Of a stretch of 37,459 bases of DNA, positions 18,150-26,215 are shown one piece after another. This DNA is from a virus. Its lineage: Duplodnaviria > Heunggongvirae > Uroviricota > Caudoviricetes. The position numbers and the translations under genes are program-made. The stretch is from the IMG/VR virus record IMGVR_UViG_3300022562_000399. One strand, 5' to 3'. How positions within the stretch are numbered: position 1 is the first letter of the stretch; every line of letters starts with the position of its first letter. Below the pieces are notes generated by a model. It was not told the DNA's origin and did not search any database. It saw nothing but the letters and a program-made list of their open reading frames with translations.

Positions 18150-21100
18150 TCAGACGGCCGGGTCTGGATCTACCACACGGAACTTAATTGTCACCCGTGC
18201 CTTTCCAGTGGTGGAAGTGGCCAACTCCACGCGGTAGACTCCCACCGTCATCGCCGCAGCCTGGAAAGTCCCCCAGCCAGCGCCTTGGCCGGTGAATCCG
18301 TTGTCCCTCGGGTTCTCGGACAGGCGATAGCCGGTCGTGGATAGGTAGCCATCGGTCCCGTTCCAGTATCCAGCCGCGATGTAGTAGTCCTGGTCCGGTG
18401 TGTCCGCGTCTCCAATCAGGATGGCTTCTCCGGTCACAGAGGACGAGTTGAACGCCTCCATTATCTCGATCTCCACCGCGTCGATGATGTGGTTGGCCGG
18501 TAACTCCACCGAGTCTATCAGGTGCGTGCCAACTCCCAGCGCCTCGGCGTTGACCCAGAAAGTCTTCGACTGTTGCACCGTGGGCTGCACCCCACTCGTG
18601 CGCATGGAACCGGTGGCGGCCAGACCCATGACCCCAGAAGCAGGGCTTACTGCCGCCGACATAGGACGCTCAGACCTCTTCACTGTAATCACCGTCTCTC
18701 GCCACGGCCCACGCAGGCGACCCACCCCACGCACGCGCACGGAGACAGGGATGTCTCCATCTCGGGGAGTTACCAACGCCACCTCGTGGTAGTTGGGGAT
18801 GAAGTTGTCGGTGTCGTCAACGACCTCATCCTCCTCTTGCTGAGACAACAGCAACGGAATCAAAGCGTGATTCTGTACCCAGTGGTTGGAGTAAGTGTTG
18901 TAGTCCCCGTCCACAGACTCGGGCTGCCCAGCCATGATGGCGGCAGCTAGGGAAGTTTGTCCGATGATCACCCACGTGGTGGCAAAAGCCCCCGTATCTT
19001 CGTCCACATACCATGGGGCGTCTTGCAGACGGACGGACATGTTGGAGTCATCATCGTCACTAAAGAACGGCCCAGTATAATCCTCTTCCACAGTAACAAC
19101 CATGGGGTACAGAACACCACCAACCGTGGTCTTCCGCTGCCTGAACAACACCAAATTCGTGAACGCGAACACGGTAGACGTGGCAGTGCCGACCGTGTTG
19201 ATCGTGAACACGTCTGCCGTGGACACAGTGACAGTGTGCTTTCGTAGGTTCCACTGGTCTTGCGTGATACCACCAATGGCCACCGCTCCACCAGCCACCG
19301 TGACAACATCCCCAGACACAAACGGGTGCCCCTTCCATACGATAGTCAAAACCCCATTGACCCCATTCGTAGAGACGTTGGTTATGCTCGACTCGTAGTC
19401 TGAGTAGTCAATTCTCTCCTCGAACACGTCCGCATCCTCGCTCACCTGGAACGGGTAGCGCGTGACGACTCCCAACAATGGAGCACCAGTGAACAAGTCA
19501 GCCGTGTCCTCTCCCAGTTGCACCTCGTAGTAGGCCGCACCAGGAGCGTCGGTCCAGCTTGCTCGCAGGATCGCGTGTGGGCTCTCCCCATAAACCGTGA
19601 CTTCCAACTGGTCGATCACTGGAGCGTCTTCTGGGCTCAACGGTTCTGGTGACAGGGCTGCCATGACTGGGAGACTGTTGTCCGCAGTGTAGACGCGCTC
19701 GTCGTACTTCACCGCCGACAGTTCCACCTGAGTCTCACCGCGCGGCGCAATGCCGGTGACGATGGCCTTCTCGTCGTAGTTGGTCGTCTTCCCGAAGACG
19801 AAGATCGCGGGCTCCAAGGCGTACTCGTCTCGCGGTTGGGTGGCGTCCGCGTCAACGCCACGCTGCCGGTTGTAGAGGGTCAGCGGTCGGTCCTCGGCCG
19901 CCAACGCTCCAGGCAGGATGATGTGGCGATCCGTCGCCCCGCGCGTTACCACGTACGGGCCCTGCACCGAGCCGTCCGGATTGCGCCAGCACAACTGGTG
20001 CTCTTGAGTGTCGCCCGCGCGGAATATCCGCATCTCCGAGAACCAGTAGACCGAGTCCTCGTCCGGAACGTCCACGCTGTTGCCGCCAGCGAGGATCTGA
20101 ATGGATGTGGTGTTGGCCGTGTCGATGATGGCGCCGGTCTTCTCCAGGTAGATCCACGTGTGCTCAGGGCACAGTTCAGCCGCGACCACAAAGTCCGACG
20201 TGGCCGAGTTGACGAACGGGATAGTCCGCAAGTTGATGCGCACGTTCTTGCCAGAGTCACCGACCACCTTGTTGCCTTTGACCCAGCACGACACACCCCA
20301 CTCTTCTCCGGAGTGATCGGCCGAGACCCAGTCCGCAGGCGTCAAGTTGGTCTGGATCAAGCCCCAAGTGTTCGCGCCCGCCGCGCCCTTGTACAGCCAC
20401 GCGCAGTAGTCGCCCGTGTGTGCCTTGCGGCTCTTGCCTCCGAGTCCGATCTCGAAGGAGTCTACCTCCCACAGATCGAAGCCGTCGGCGCCAAGTTCTC
20501 CGTCGCAGTTGACTTCCCAGTTGGCCGAACTGGCGTGCATGTAGATGTAAGCGTTGGCCTTCCACACGTCGGAGTAGAAGATCGCTCGCTCCAACTCTAT
20601 CAACTGCCACTCTTCGGTCAGGATGATGTCGGCGCACGTCTTGTTGGGGTTGGAGTACCCCGTCACGCCATCGTAGGTGCCGTTGGCCGTGGAGTATTCG
20701 CGAATGATCATCTTGACGGAGACGCCCACCGTCTGCGGAGTGGTGGCTCTCACCCACGCGCGTGCTCGCCAGATCGTTCCCTGGGCGAACGAACCAAACT
20801 CGAACTCCACGCCGTCGGTGTCCTGGGTGACTGCCGTGGCGATGCCAACGTAGAGATCGTCCGACGGGTTGCAGTACCCCTTGATCTCGCACACGCCCGT
20901 GCCTTCTCGCGCCGTGCTGTTGCCATCCGCGTCCACAGGTTGCGTGCCAGCGAAGACAGACTTCGGCGTTCCCACCTGGTCATGCGACACCAGGAGGCAC
21001 ACGCCACGCGCCCACTTGTCGTTCTTGAAGGTCGTGGCGGTGGACTGGTCCTCGAAGTCGTACTGCTTGAACCAGTCGGACCAGCGCCCGATCTCGGTGT

Positions 21101-24100
21101 TGGTGCCAGCAGCCGACCAGCCCGTGGGGACCGCAGCCGTGGGATCGCCCTGCCAAGCGTTGTCGGTGCCGTCCTCCAGGAACAGATCGTCCGTGTAGGA
21201 GTCCCAATCCAAGTCTCGATCCGCCACCAGGACGTTGGTGTCGTCGTGGTAGTGGTCGAAGTTGCCAGAGTCCGACCAGTCCGCCATGGGGTGCGAGATC
21301 AGAATGAGATCCCCCAAGCCGACGAGCAAGCCCTCCAACTCCGTACTGAAGGTGTACGACACCCGCTGGTATCGGTTGACGGCCGCGATATAGGACCCTT
21401 CTCGTCGCGCGTGCTCTTGGTCCGTGATGCCACGGATGCGGATGTTCGCCGGATTCTCCATGTAGTTGGAGTCGTAGTAGGCGTGCACCGTCGTGGGCTT
21501 CCACGTGATGTTGTCGATGTACTCCACCATCACAGAGTCGGGGCTCTGCAAAGACATGAAGGAGTAGTTCACCTGCAAGGTGTCCTTCACGATGTTGTCA
21601 GGGCCGAAGACGCCTTTGTAGGTGCTCTGCGCTCGGTCTCTGACTATGGACAGCTTGGAGCCGTTGAAGATCACGCGCGAGCGAACCACGCGGGCCGCCT
21701 CGTTCATGGCCTGCCACAGCGTCGTCTTCTGGTCATAAACCGCATCGAACCAATCCTCTCGAATGGCCGCGATGGTTGCGATCTCTCGGAACGCCGTCCA
21801 GTCGATGGCGTCGTCCGACAGGCCTCCGCCGTACTGCTTGGCGCCCGTCAACAGGTTGTTGGCGTTGCCGTTCGTGGCCATGTCAACGATGGCCCACGCC
21901 GGGTTGCGGGTCGCCACGTCTTCGATGATCTCCGCGACTGCATCCAGTTGCACGTTGGCCGAGCCTTGATTAGCCGAAGCCGACGTTGCAGACGTAGTCG
22001 GGACCGTGTACTGGAACGTCCACCGATCCAAGACCGTGACCACGTAGGTGCCGTTGATCTCCGTGTCAGGGATGCCACCCACCGATCCGGACTGGCCAGA
22101 GATCGTCACCGTCTGGCCGGTCTCCAGGTTGTGCGCTCTCGCGAGACCCTGGTCCGCATCCGTCAGGTGAAGGTCGGAAGGGTCGAGATCTACCGTGATC
22201 ACCTTCGACCCGTTGGCCGTGTTCAGGAAGCCGGTCAGATCCAGCGCCACCTCGGCGCCGCCGTACACGCGCAGCTTGCGGGTCACCACCACGTTGGCGT
22301 AGTTGGCCGTGTTGCGGTTGATGTCTGCCGACGCCACGATACGGGTGGCCAACGTGGTCACCCCTGGATACTGGGCCTGGTTCGTCACCAGATTGCCGCG
22401 CAGCCCCATCCACACGATCTGGGAATACCACCCGACGTGCTTGGGGTTGTTGTCGTGCTTGAAGGTCGGGCGCCGCAGACGTGCCTGGTAGCGTCCGGCC
22501 GGAACAGGGTAGGTCAGGGACAGACGAACCGGACCGTCCGTCGAAGGAGACCATAGGCCCACCGTGGAGTAGCGCGAGCGAACGCGCCCGTCCCATCCGC
22601 CCGCGAGCCATTGCCACCAGCCCTTCTGCTTCCAGACCGTGCGGAAGATGCCCGACCGTGCCCGACCGTTTCCGGACTCGTCGTTGTTGTTCAGCGGTAG
22701 CGCCTTCCAGCGCCCCACCGGGTTGCCGGAGTCGTCGATCTCTTGCACTTCCGGACGCAGCCCGATGCCCACGCGGTAGCGGTCCTTCTCGTCCTGGTGG
22801 AACATGGGAGGGCCGCCCACGTCGAAGGTGACCTTGTTGATCTGTGTACCGCTCGCGTTGATGATGTGGGGACCTTCGTAGTCCTGCCGGATGTGGCACT
22901 CCGAGAACACCCCGTCGTTCCCATTGGTGTCGTCCGGCACGTCGTAAGACGTGTACGGAGCCGTCGAGGGAAGCCCGTACACGGCAGCGTCCGCTGAACC
23001 ATCGTAGAACGTGCCGTTGATCGTCAGAATACAGGTGGTGTCCGATGTGCCGTTGGTGGCCGACGAGTTGGTGATGGTCTGCAACCTCACCGGGTGCACC
23101 AGTAGCTCGTGGTGTGCCACCTCCATCGCAGGAGCCGAAGCCGACAGCGAGCCAGCATCCGGGTCATGACCCCAGAACTTGTCGAAAGAGTCGTGGGTCT
23201 GCTTGCTCGCGTCGTGAGAAATATACTTTCCGTCCGAATCGCTATACTGGGCGAACTCATACTGCTTGAAGTTCTGTGCTCCCTGGGAGCCCCCATCGAA
23301 GTTGGGGTAAGCGACGGGAGGCGTCTGGAAGTCCTTCATGTGGGCTGTGACCAGGCCCTTATAGCCTATCCACACCTGGGCGTTGGCCCACTTGTCGGTC
23401 GTCCAGGCAGGCAGAGTGCCACCAGCCTTCAACGCCACCGTGATCCGGTGGTTGTTGGGGTCGGTGGTCTTGTCGATGTTCGTGATGATCAGCGACTTGT
23501 TGATGTCGGTGGGGTAGAGTTGGCCGCGCGTCTGGTTCGGGATCGCGCCAACCGAATCCTCCGGGCCCAGCAACTCGACGCTGCCCAACGAAGTGTTGAC
23601 TGCTCTGCCGCCAGGGAACCGCGCCGGGTTGTGCGTGCCGCCCGTGGTGTTGATGTTCTCGTTCGGCTCGTAGATGTAGTACGCGACCTCGGGCCGGTAC
23701 GAGTCGCCGTCGTCCTTGGCCACCAGCAGGGAGCCGATCTTGAACTCGTGCACCTGGTACTTGCCATGGCCCAAGCACATGAGGCTGTACTGGATCTGCC
23801 GCGCGTCGTTCGATCCCGGAGGCGGGATGAACTCAGCCTTGGCAAGGTGTTGCCCCTCGTACTCCGTCCACTGTTGCGCGATGTGATCGGGAATCACCAG
23901 GTGCTTGCCATAGGTAACTTGGATCGCTGCGTTGGGTTTGGCCTGGTTGGCTCGCGCCCCGAACTCGTACAGCGGACTTTCAGACACACTCCGGGGTTGG
24001 CCGGGGATCTCGGGCGCCAGCAAAAAGGTGTTGATCAGGAGAGTGGCCCCCAACACGATCACAGCGCCGATGGCTTGGGCAGCCGATGCAGTGCCAAGTG

Positions 24101-24458
24101 CGGCCACTCCAGACAGTTCGGCCAAGCTACCTGCCAGGGCTGGGGCCAAGTATACAGCCGCAATGATCACCACCACCATGAGGATGGCCGACAAGATCAT
24201 CTTGCCCGTGTTGCCGCCTCCTCCGCCTTGGGGAACCGCTACGAAGTGGACCGTGTCGTGGTCCTTGATCTCAGTGGTGGCCCAGTCTTTACGGAGCAAT
24301 GGTTGGCCGTTGTACACGCACACGGTGGGCATGTCGAAGGTGGTCTTCCCCGTCACCTCCAGGTAGCCCTGAATCGTAACGCCATGGCCCGTAATCTCCG
24401 CGACCTCTCGCGTGGTGGGGTCAAACGGGTTGGGTAGGTGTACAACCGCTGCAATCAT
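18150..24458 (-). CDS. Tail tip / host-specificity protein (lambda gpI-like N-terminus fused to a gpJ-like hub), about 2100 aa, with accessory domain insertions
   Basis: N-terminal ubiquitin-like gpI segment ending VHFVAVPQGGGGG followed by a hydrophobic helix. PNAAIQVTYGKHLVIPD, YPGVTTLATRIVAS..N, RNPAWAIVD, FDAVYDQKTTLWQAMNEAARV, YQRVSYTFSTELEGL..GDLILISHP are gpJ/Phage-tail_3 features. Follows NlpC/P60. Start is ATG 24458 or TTG 24464. Confidence 0.9.
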   Translation of the reverse strand: MIAAVVHLPNPFDPTTREVAEITGHGVTIQGYLEVTGKTTFDMPTVCVYNGQPLLRKDWATTEIKDHDTVHFVAVPQGGGGGNTGKMILSAILMVVVIIAAVYLAPALAGSLAELSGVAALGTASAAQAIGAVIVLGATLLINTFLLAPEIPGQPRSVSESPLYEFGARANQAKPNAAIQVTYGKHLVIPDHIAQQWTEYEGQHLAKAEFIPPPGSNDARQIQYSLMCLGHGKYQVHEFKIGSLLVAKDDGDSYRPEVAYYIYEPNENINTTGGTHNPARFPGGRAVNTSLGSVELLGPEDSVGAIPNQTRGQLYPTDINKSLIITNIDKTTDPNNHRITVALKAGGTLPAWTTDKWANAQVWIGYKGLVTAHMKDFQTPPVAYPNFDGGSQGAQNFKQYEFAQYSDSDGKYISHDASKQTHDSFDKFWGHDPDAGSLSASAPAMEVAHHELLVHPVRLQTITNSSATNGTSDTTCILTINGTFYDGSADAAVYGLPSTAPYTSYDVPDDTNGNDGVFSECHIRQDYEGPHIINASGTQINKVTFDVGGPPMFHQDEKDRYRVGIGLRPEVQEIDDSGNPVGRWKALPLNNNDESGNGRARSGIFRTVWKQKGWWQWLAGGWDGRVRSRYSTVGLWSPSTDGPVRLSLTYPVPAGRYQARLRRPTFKHDNNPKHVGWYSQIVWMGLRGNLVTNQAQYPGVTTLATRIVASADINRNTANYANVVVTRKLRVYGGAEVALDLTGFLNTANGSKVITVDLDPSDLHLTDADQGLARAHNLETGQTVTISGQSGSVGGIPDTEINGTYVVTVLDRWTFQYTVPTTSATSASANQGSANVQLDAVAEIIEDVATRNPAWAIVDMATNGNANNLLTGAKQYGGGLSDDAIDWTAFREIATIAAIREDWFDAVYDQKTTLWQAMNEAARVVRSRVIFNGSKLSIVRDRAQSTYKGVFGPDNIVKDTLQVNYSFMSLQSPDSVMVEYIDNITWKPTTVHAYYDSNYMENPANIRIRGITDQEHARREGSYIAAVNRYQRVSYTFSTELEGLLVGLGDLILISHPMADWSDSGNFDHYHDDTNVLVADRDLDWDSYTDDLFLEDGTDNAWQGDPTAAVPTGWSAAGTNTEIGRWSDWFKQYDFEDQSTATTFKNDKWARGVCLLVSHDQVGTPKSVFAGTQPVDADGNSTAREGTGVCEIKGYCNPSDDLYVGIATAVTQDTDGVEFEFGSFAQGTIWRARAWVRATTPQTVGVSVKMIIREYSTANGTYDGVTGYSNPNKTCADIILTEEWQLIELERAIFYSDVWKANAYIYMHASSANWEVNCDGELGADGFDLWEVDSFEIGLGGKSRKAHTGDYCAWLYKGAAGANTWGLIQTNLTPADWVSADHSGEEWGVSCWVKGNKVVGDSGKNVRINLRTIPFVNSATSDFVVAAELCPEHTWIYLEKTGAIIDTANTTSIQILAGGNSVDVPDEDSVYWFSEMRIFRAGDTQEHQLCWRNPDGSVQGPYVVTRGATDRHIILPGALAAEDRPLTLYNRQRGVDADATQPRDEYALEPAIFVFGKTTNYDEKAIVTGIAPRGETQVELSAVKYDERVYTADNSLPVMAALSPEPLSPEDAPVIDQLEVTVYGESPHAILRASWTDAPGAAYYEVQLGEDTADLFTGAPLLGVVTRYPFQVSEDADVFEERIDYSDYESSITNVSTNGVNGVLTIVWKGHPFVSGDVVTVAGGAVAIGGITQDQWNLRKHTVTVSTADVFTINTVGTATSTVFAFTNLVLFRQRKTTVGGVLYPMVVTVEEDYTGPFFSDDDDSNMSVRLQDAPWYVDEDTGAFATTWVIIGQTSLAAAIMAGQPESVDGDYNTYSNHWVQNHALIPLLLSQQEEDEVVDDTDNFIPNYHEVALVTPRDGDIPVSVRVRGVGRLRGPWRETVITVKRSERPMSAAVSPASGVMGLAATGSMRTSGVQPTVQQSKTFWVNAEALGVGTHLIDSVELPANHIIDAVEIEIMEAFNSSSVTGEAILIGDADTPDQDYYIAAGYWNGTDGYLSTTGYRLSENPRDNGFTGQGAGWGTFQAAAMTVGVYRVELATSTTGKARVTIKFRVVDPDPAV

Positions 24459-24460
24459 CT

Positions 24461-24856
24461 TCAATCACTCAGGGGCCGGTAGTACCGGATCGTCTGGTAG
24501 CCACACTGGAACATCCACTTCAAAGCCGTGAAGGCCACCGGCTTCGTGATCTCGGTGTGCAGGATGCCACCGCCATCGTTCTCCAGATACACTCCAACGT
24601 GGGCCGCGTCGTCCGTGCGCCGAGCCATCACCGCGATGTCGCCGTCCTTGGGCTTGGCCACCAGTCGGTAGCCGCAACGCTCACACATGGCCTCTTCGTC
24701 GTCGGCCAGGAGGTTGATCACCTCCGTGCGGTTGTTGATGTCCACGACCACCGGAGGCAGGGTTCGTCCGTAGAACCGAGCCTGCACGAACCGCGTGAAG
24801 TCCCAGCAGTGCCCCATGCTCTTGCCCACCAAGTTGTTGACCTCGTCCGCCGTCAT
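24461..24856 (-). CDS. NlpC/P60 family tail assembly protein (lambda gpK-like)
   Basis: Catalytic pattern HCWDF...AAHVGVYL...GILH, located between DUF1833 and the tail tip gene. Confidence 0.88.
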   Translation of the reverse strand: MTADEVNNLVGKSMGHCWDFTRFVQARFYGRTLPPVVVDINNRTEVINLLADDEEAMCERCGYRLVAKPKDGDIAVMARRTDDAAHVGVYLENDGGGILHTEITKPVAFTALKWMFQCGYQTIRYYRPLSD

Positions 24857-24862
24857 GCCCTA

Positions 24863-25417
24863 CTACTCCTGAGTGTAGAGGAGCGGGAAGCGGTCGCGGG
24901 TGTAGTTCGCAGCGGGGAAGATTTTGTTCATCACGTCGTCGAACGTAGCCACGCCCTCTACCTTCATGTTGTCTGCCTTCACCGCGTGGAGACGAAGCGT
25001 CAACGGCGGGTCCATCTGCGGCTTGCTGGGGTTGCTCAACAGGTAAGGCCGGTAGGTCACGTAGATCGGCGCGAAGCTGGTGGTCGCTTGCTGTAGTGGG
25101 TCCATGAGGATCTTGCCCACGTTGTCGATGGACAGCTTGAACTTCGGCAACTCTCCCTCGCGCGTGGCCGGTAGCTCGAAGCCGAACGCCGCAGGCAAGA
25201 AGAGAACCATCTCTCCGGGGTTCAGTTCGGCCGTTCTCTCCAGCCCACCCTCGAACTCGTCCTGGCCCTGAACGAAACGCATGGCCGCAGCCACGCCGTT
25301 CTCGTCCACGATGTCCACGTTGCGGAACTCGATGGTGTGGACGATCACGTCGTCCGACGGGTTCGAGACGTAGGCTTCCTGGATCGCCTCGTCCCACATG
25401 TCCCTGGTGTCAGCCAC
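24863..25417 (-). CDS. DUF1833 family minor tail protein (gpL position)
   Basis: EAYVSNPSDDVIVHTIEF...FLPAAFGFELP...LSIDNV...VTYRPYL...PQMDPPLTL...NKIFP..NYTRDRFPLL. GTG start with GGAGG SD. Confidence 0.85.
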   Translation of the reverse strand: MADTRDMWDEAIQEAYVSNPSDDVIVHTIEFRNVDIVDENGVAAAMRFVQGQDEFEGGLERTAELNPGEMVLFLPAAFGFELPATREGELPKFKLSIDNVGKILMDPLQQATTSFAPIYVTYRPYLLSNPSKPQMDPPLTLRLHAVKADNMKVEGVATFDDVMNKIFPAANYTRDRFPLLYTQE

Positions 25418-25426
25418 TACCGCCTC

Positions 25427-26215
25427 CTACTCCTGCACAGTGTAGCGCAGGATCACCACGTACTCGCCCTTGGTCGAATCGAAGGTGGCCTGGTTCATGC
25501 GCACCTGGTACATGCGAGCGACCGTCTGGGCCACGTCCATCTCCGCGCCATCGTCGCCGTGGCCGGTGATCACGTTCTCCTCGTTGTACTTCGTCGCCGG
25601 GGTGCCGCTCTTCAAGTCCAAGCCGCTCACGATGTCCGTGATGGCGTTGTCGTTCGGAGCGCCCACGTCGATGCTCGCCGCACCCGAACAGTCGATGGGC
25701 TCCAGCGTCACCACCGAGCACCCCACCACCGTGTGAAGCAGCGGAGGTTGACCCAAGATGATGTACTCCGCCGAAGGCGTGTCGTGCAGGTAGGTGATCT
25801 TGGCGCTCATGGCGTAGACCACGTCGTCCTTGCGCTCTTCGTCGTCGGTAAACTGCGACAGGATGTAGACCTCCGCGCGCACTGTCCACCACGCCTGGTT
25901 GGTCACGACCACCTGCTCTTCCGGTGGCTGCGTGAACTGGGCCTCCACGAACTTCGACTCCTTGTCCTTCCAGACGTTGATCCAGAACGAGTCGGCGCCG
26001 CCCTTCAAGGCGTGCTCGTACCACGCGCGGAACTGCCGTTTCTGCTCGCCGGTCAGGGTCCACTCAAAGGTCTGCGTAGTCCCGGCTTTCGCGTACAGGC
26101 GCCTCTGCTTGACTCGTCCGGACTCCATCTCCGTGCGCACGAACTTGGGTTTGCCCTGTTGCGCGTAGGAGACCGCCTCCGGGTAGGGAAGATCTCGGGG
26201 GTAATACTGAGGCAT
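25427..26215 (-). CDS. Distal tail protein (gpM-like) with a C-terminal extension domain of about 120 aa
   Basis: Immediately after the TMP (TAATG overlap). LPYPEAVSYA..VRTEMESGRVKQRR...WTLTGEQKRQFRAWYEHALKGGADSFWI is a typical Dit N-domain. Confidence 0.8.
   Translation of the reverse strand: MPQYYPRDLPYPEAVSYAQQGKPKFVRTEMESGRVKQRRLYAKAGTTQTFEWTLTGEQKRQFRAWYEHALKGGADSFWINVWKDKESKFVEAQFTQPPEEQVVVTNQAWWTVRAEVYILSQFTDDEERKDDVVYAMSAKITYLHDTPSAEYIILGQPPLLHTVVGCSVVTLEPIDCSGAASIDVGAPNDNAITDIVSGLDLKSGTPATKYNEENVITGHGDDGAEMDVAQTVARMYQVRMNQATFDSTKGEYVVILRYTVQE

Noticed and set aside
24030-24210. Hydrophobic segment near the N-terminus of the tail tip protein as a fifth signal peptide
   Set aside because: It starts about 90 aa in, after the GGGGG motif, and is a normal feature of gpI/gpJ-type proteins.
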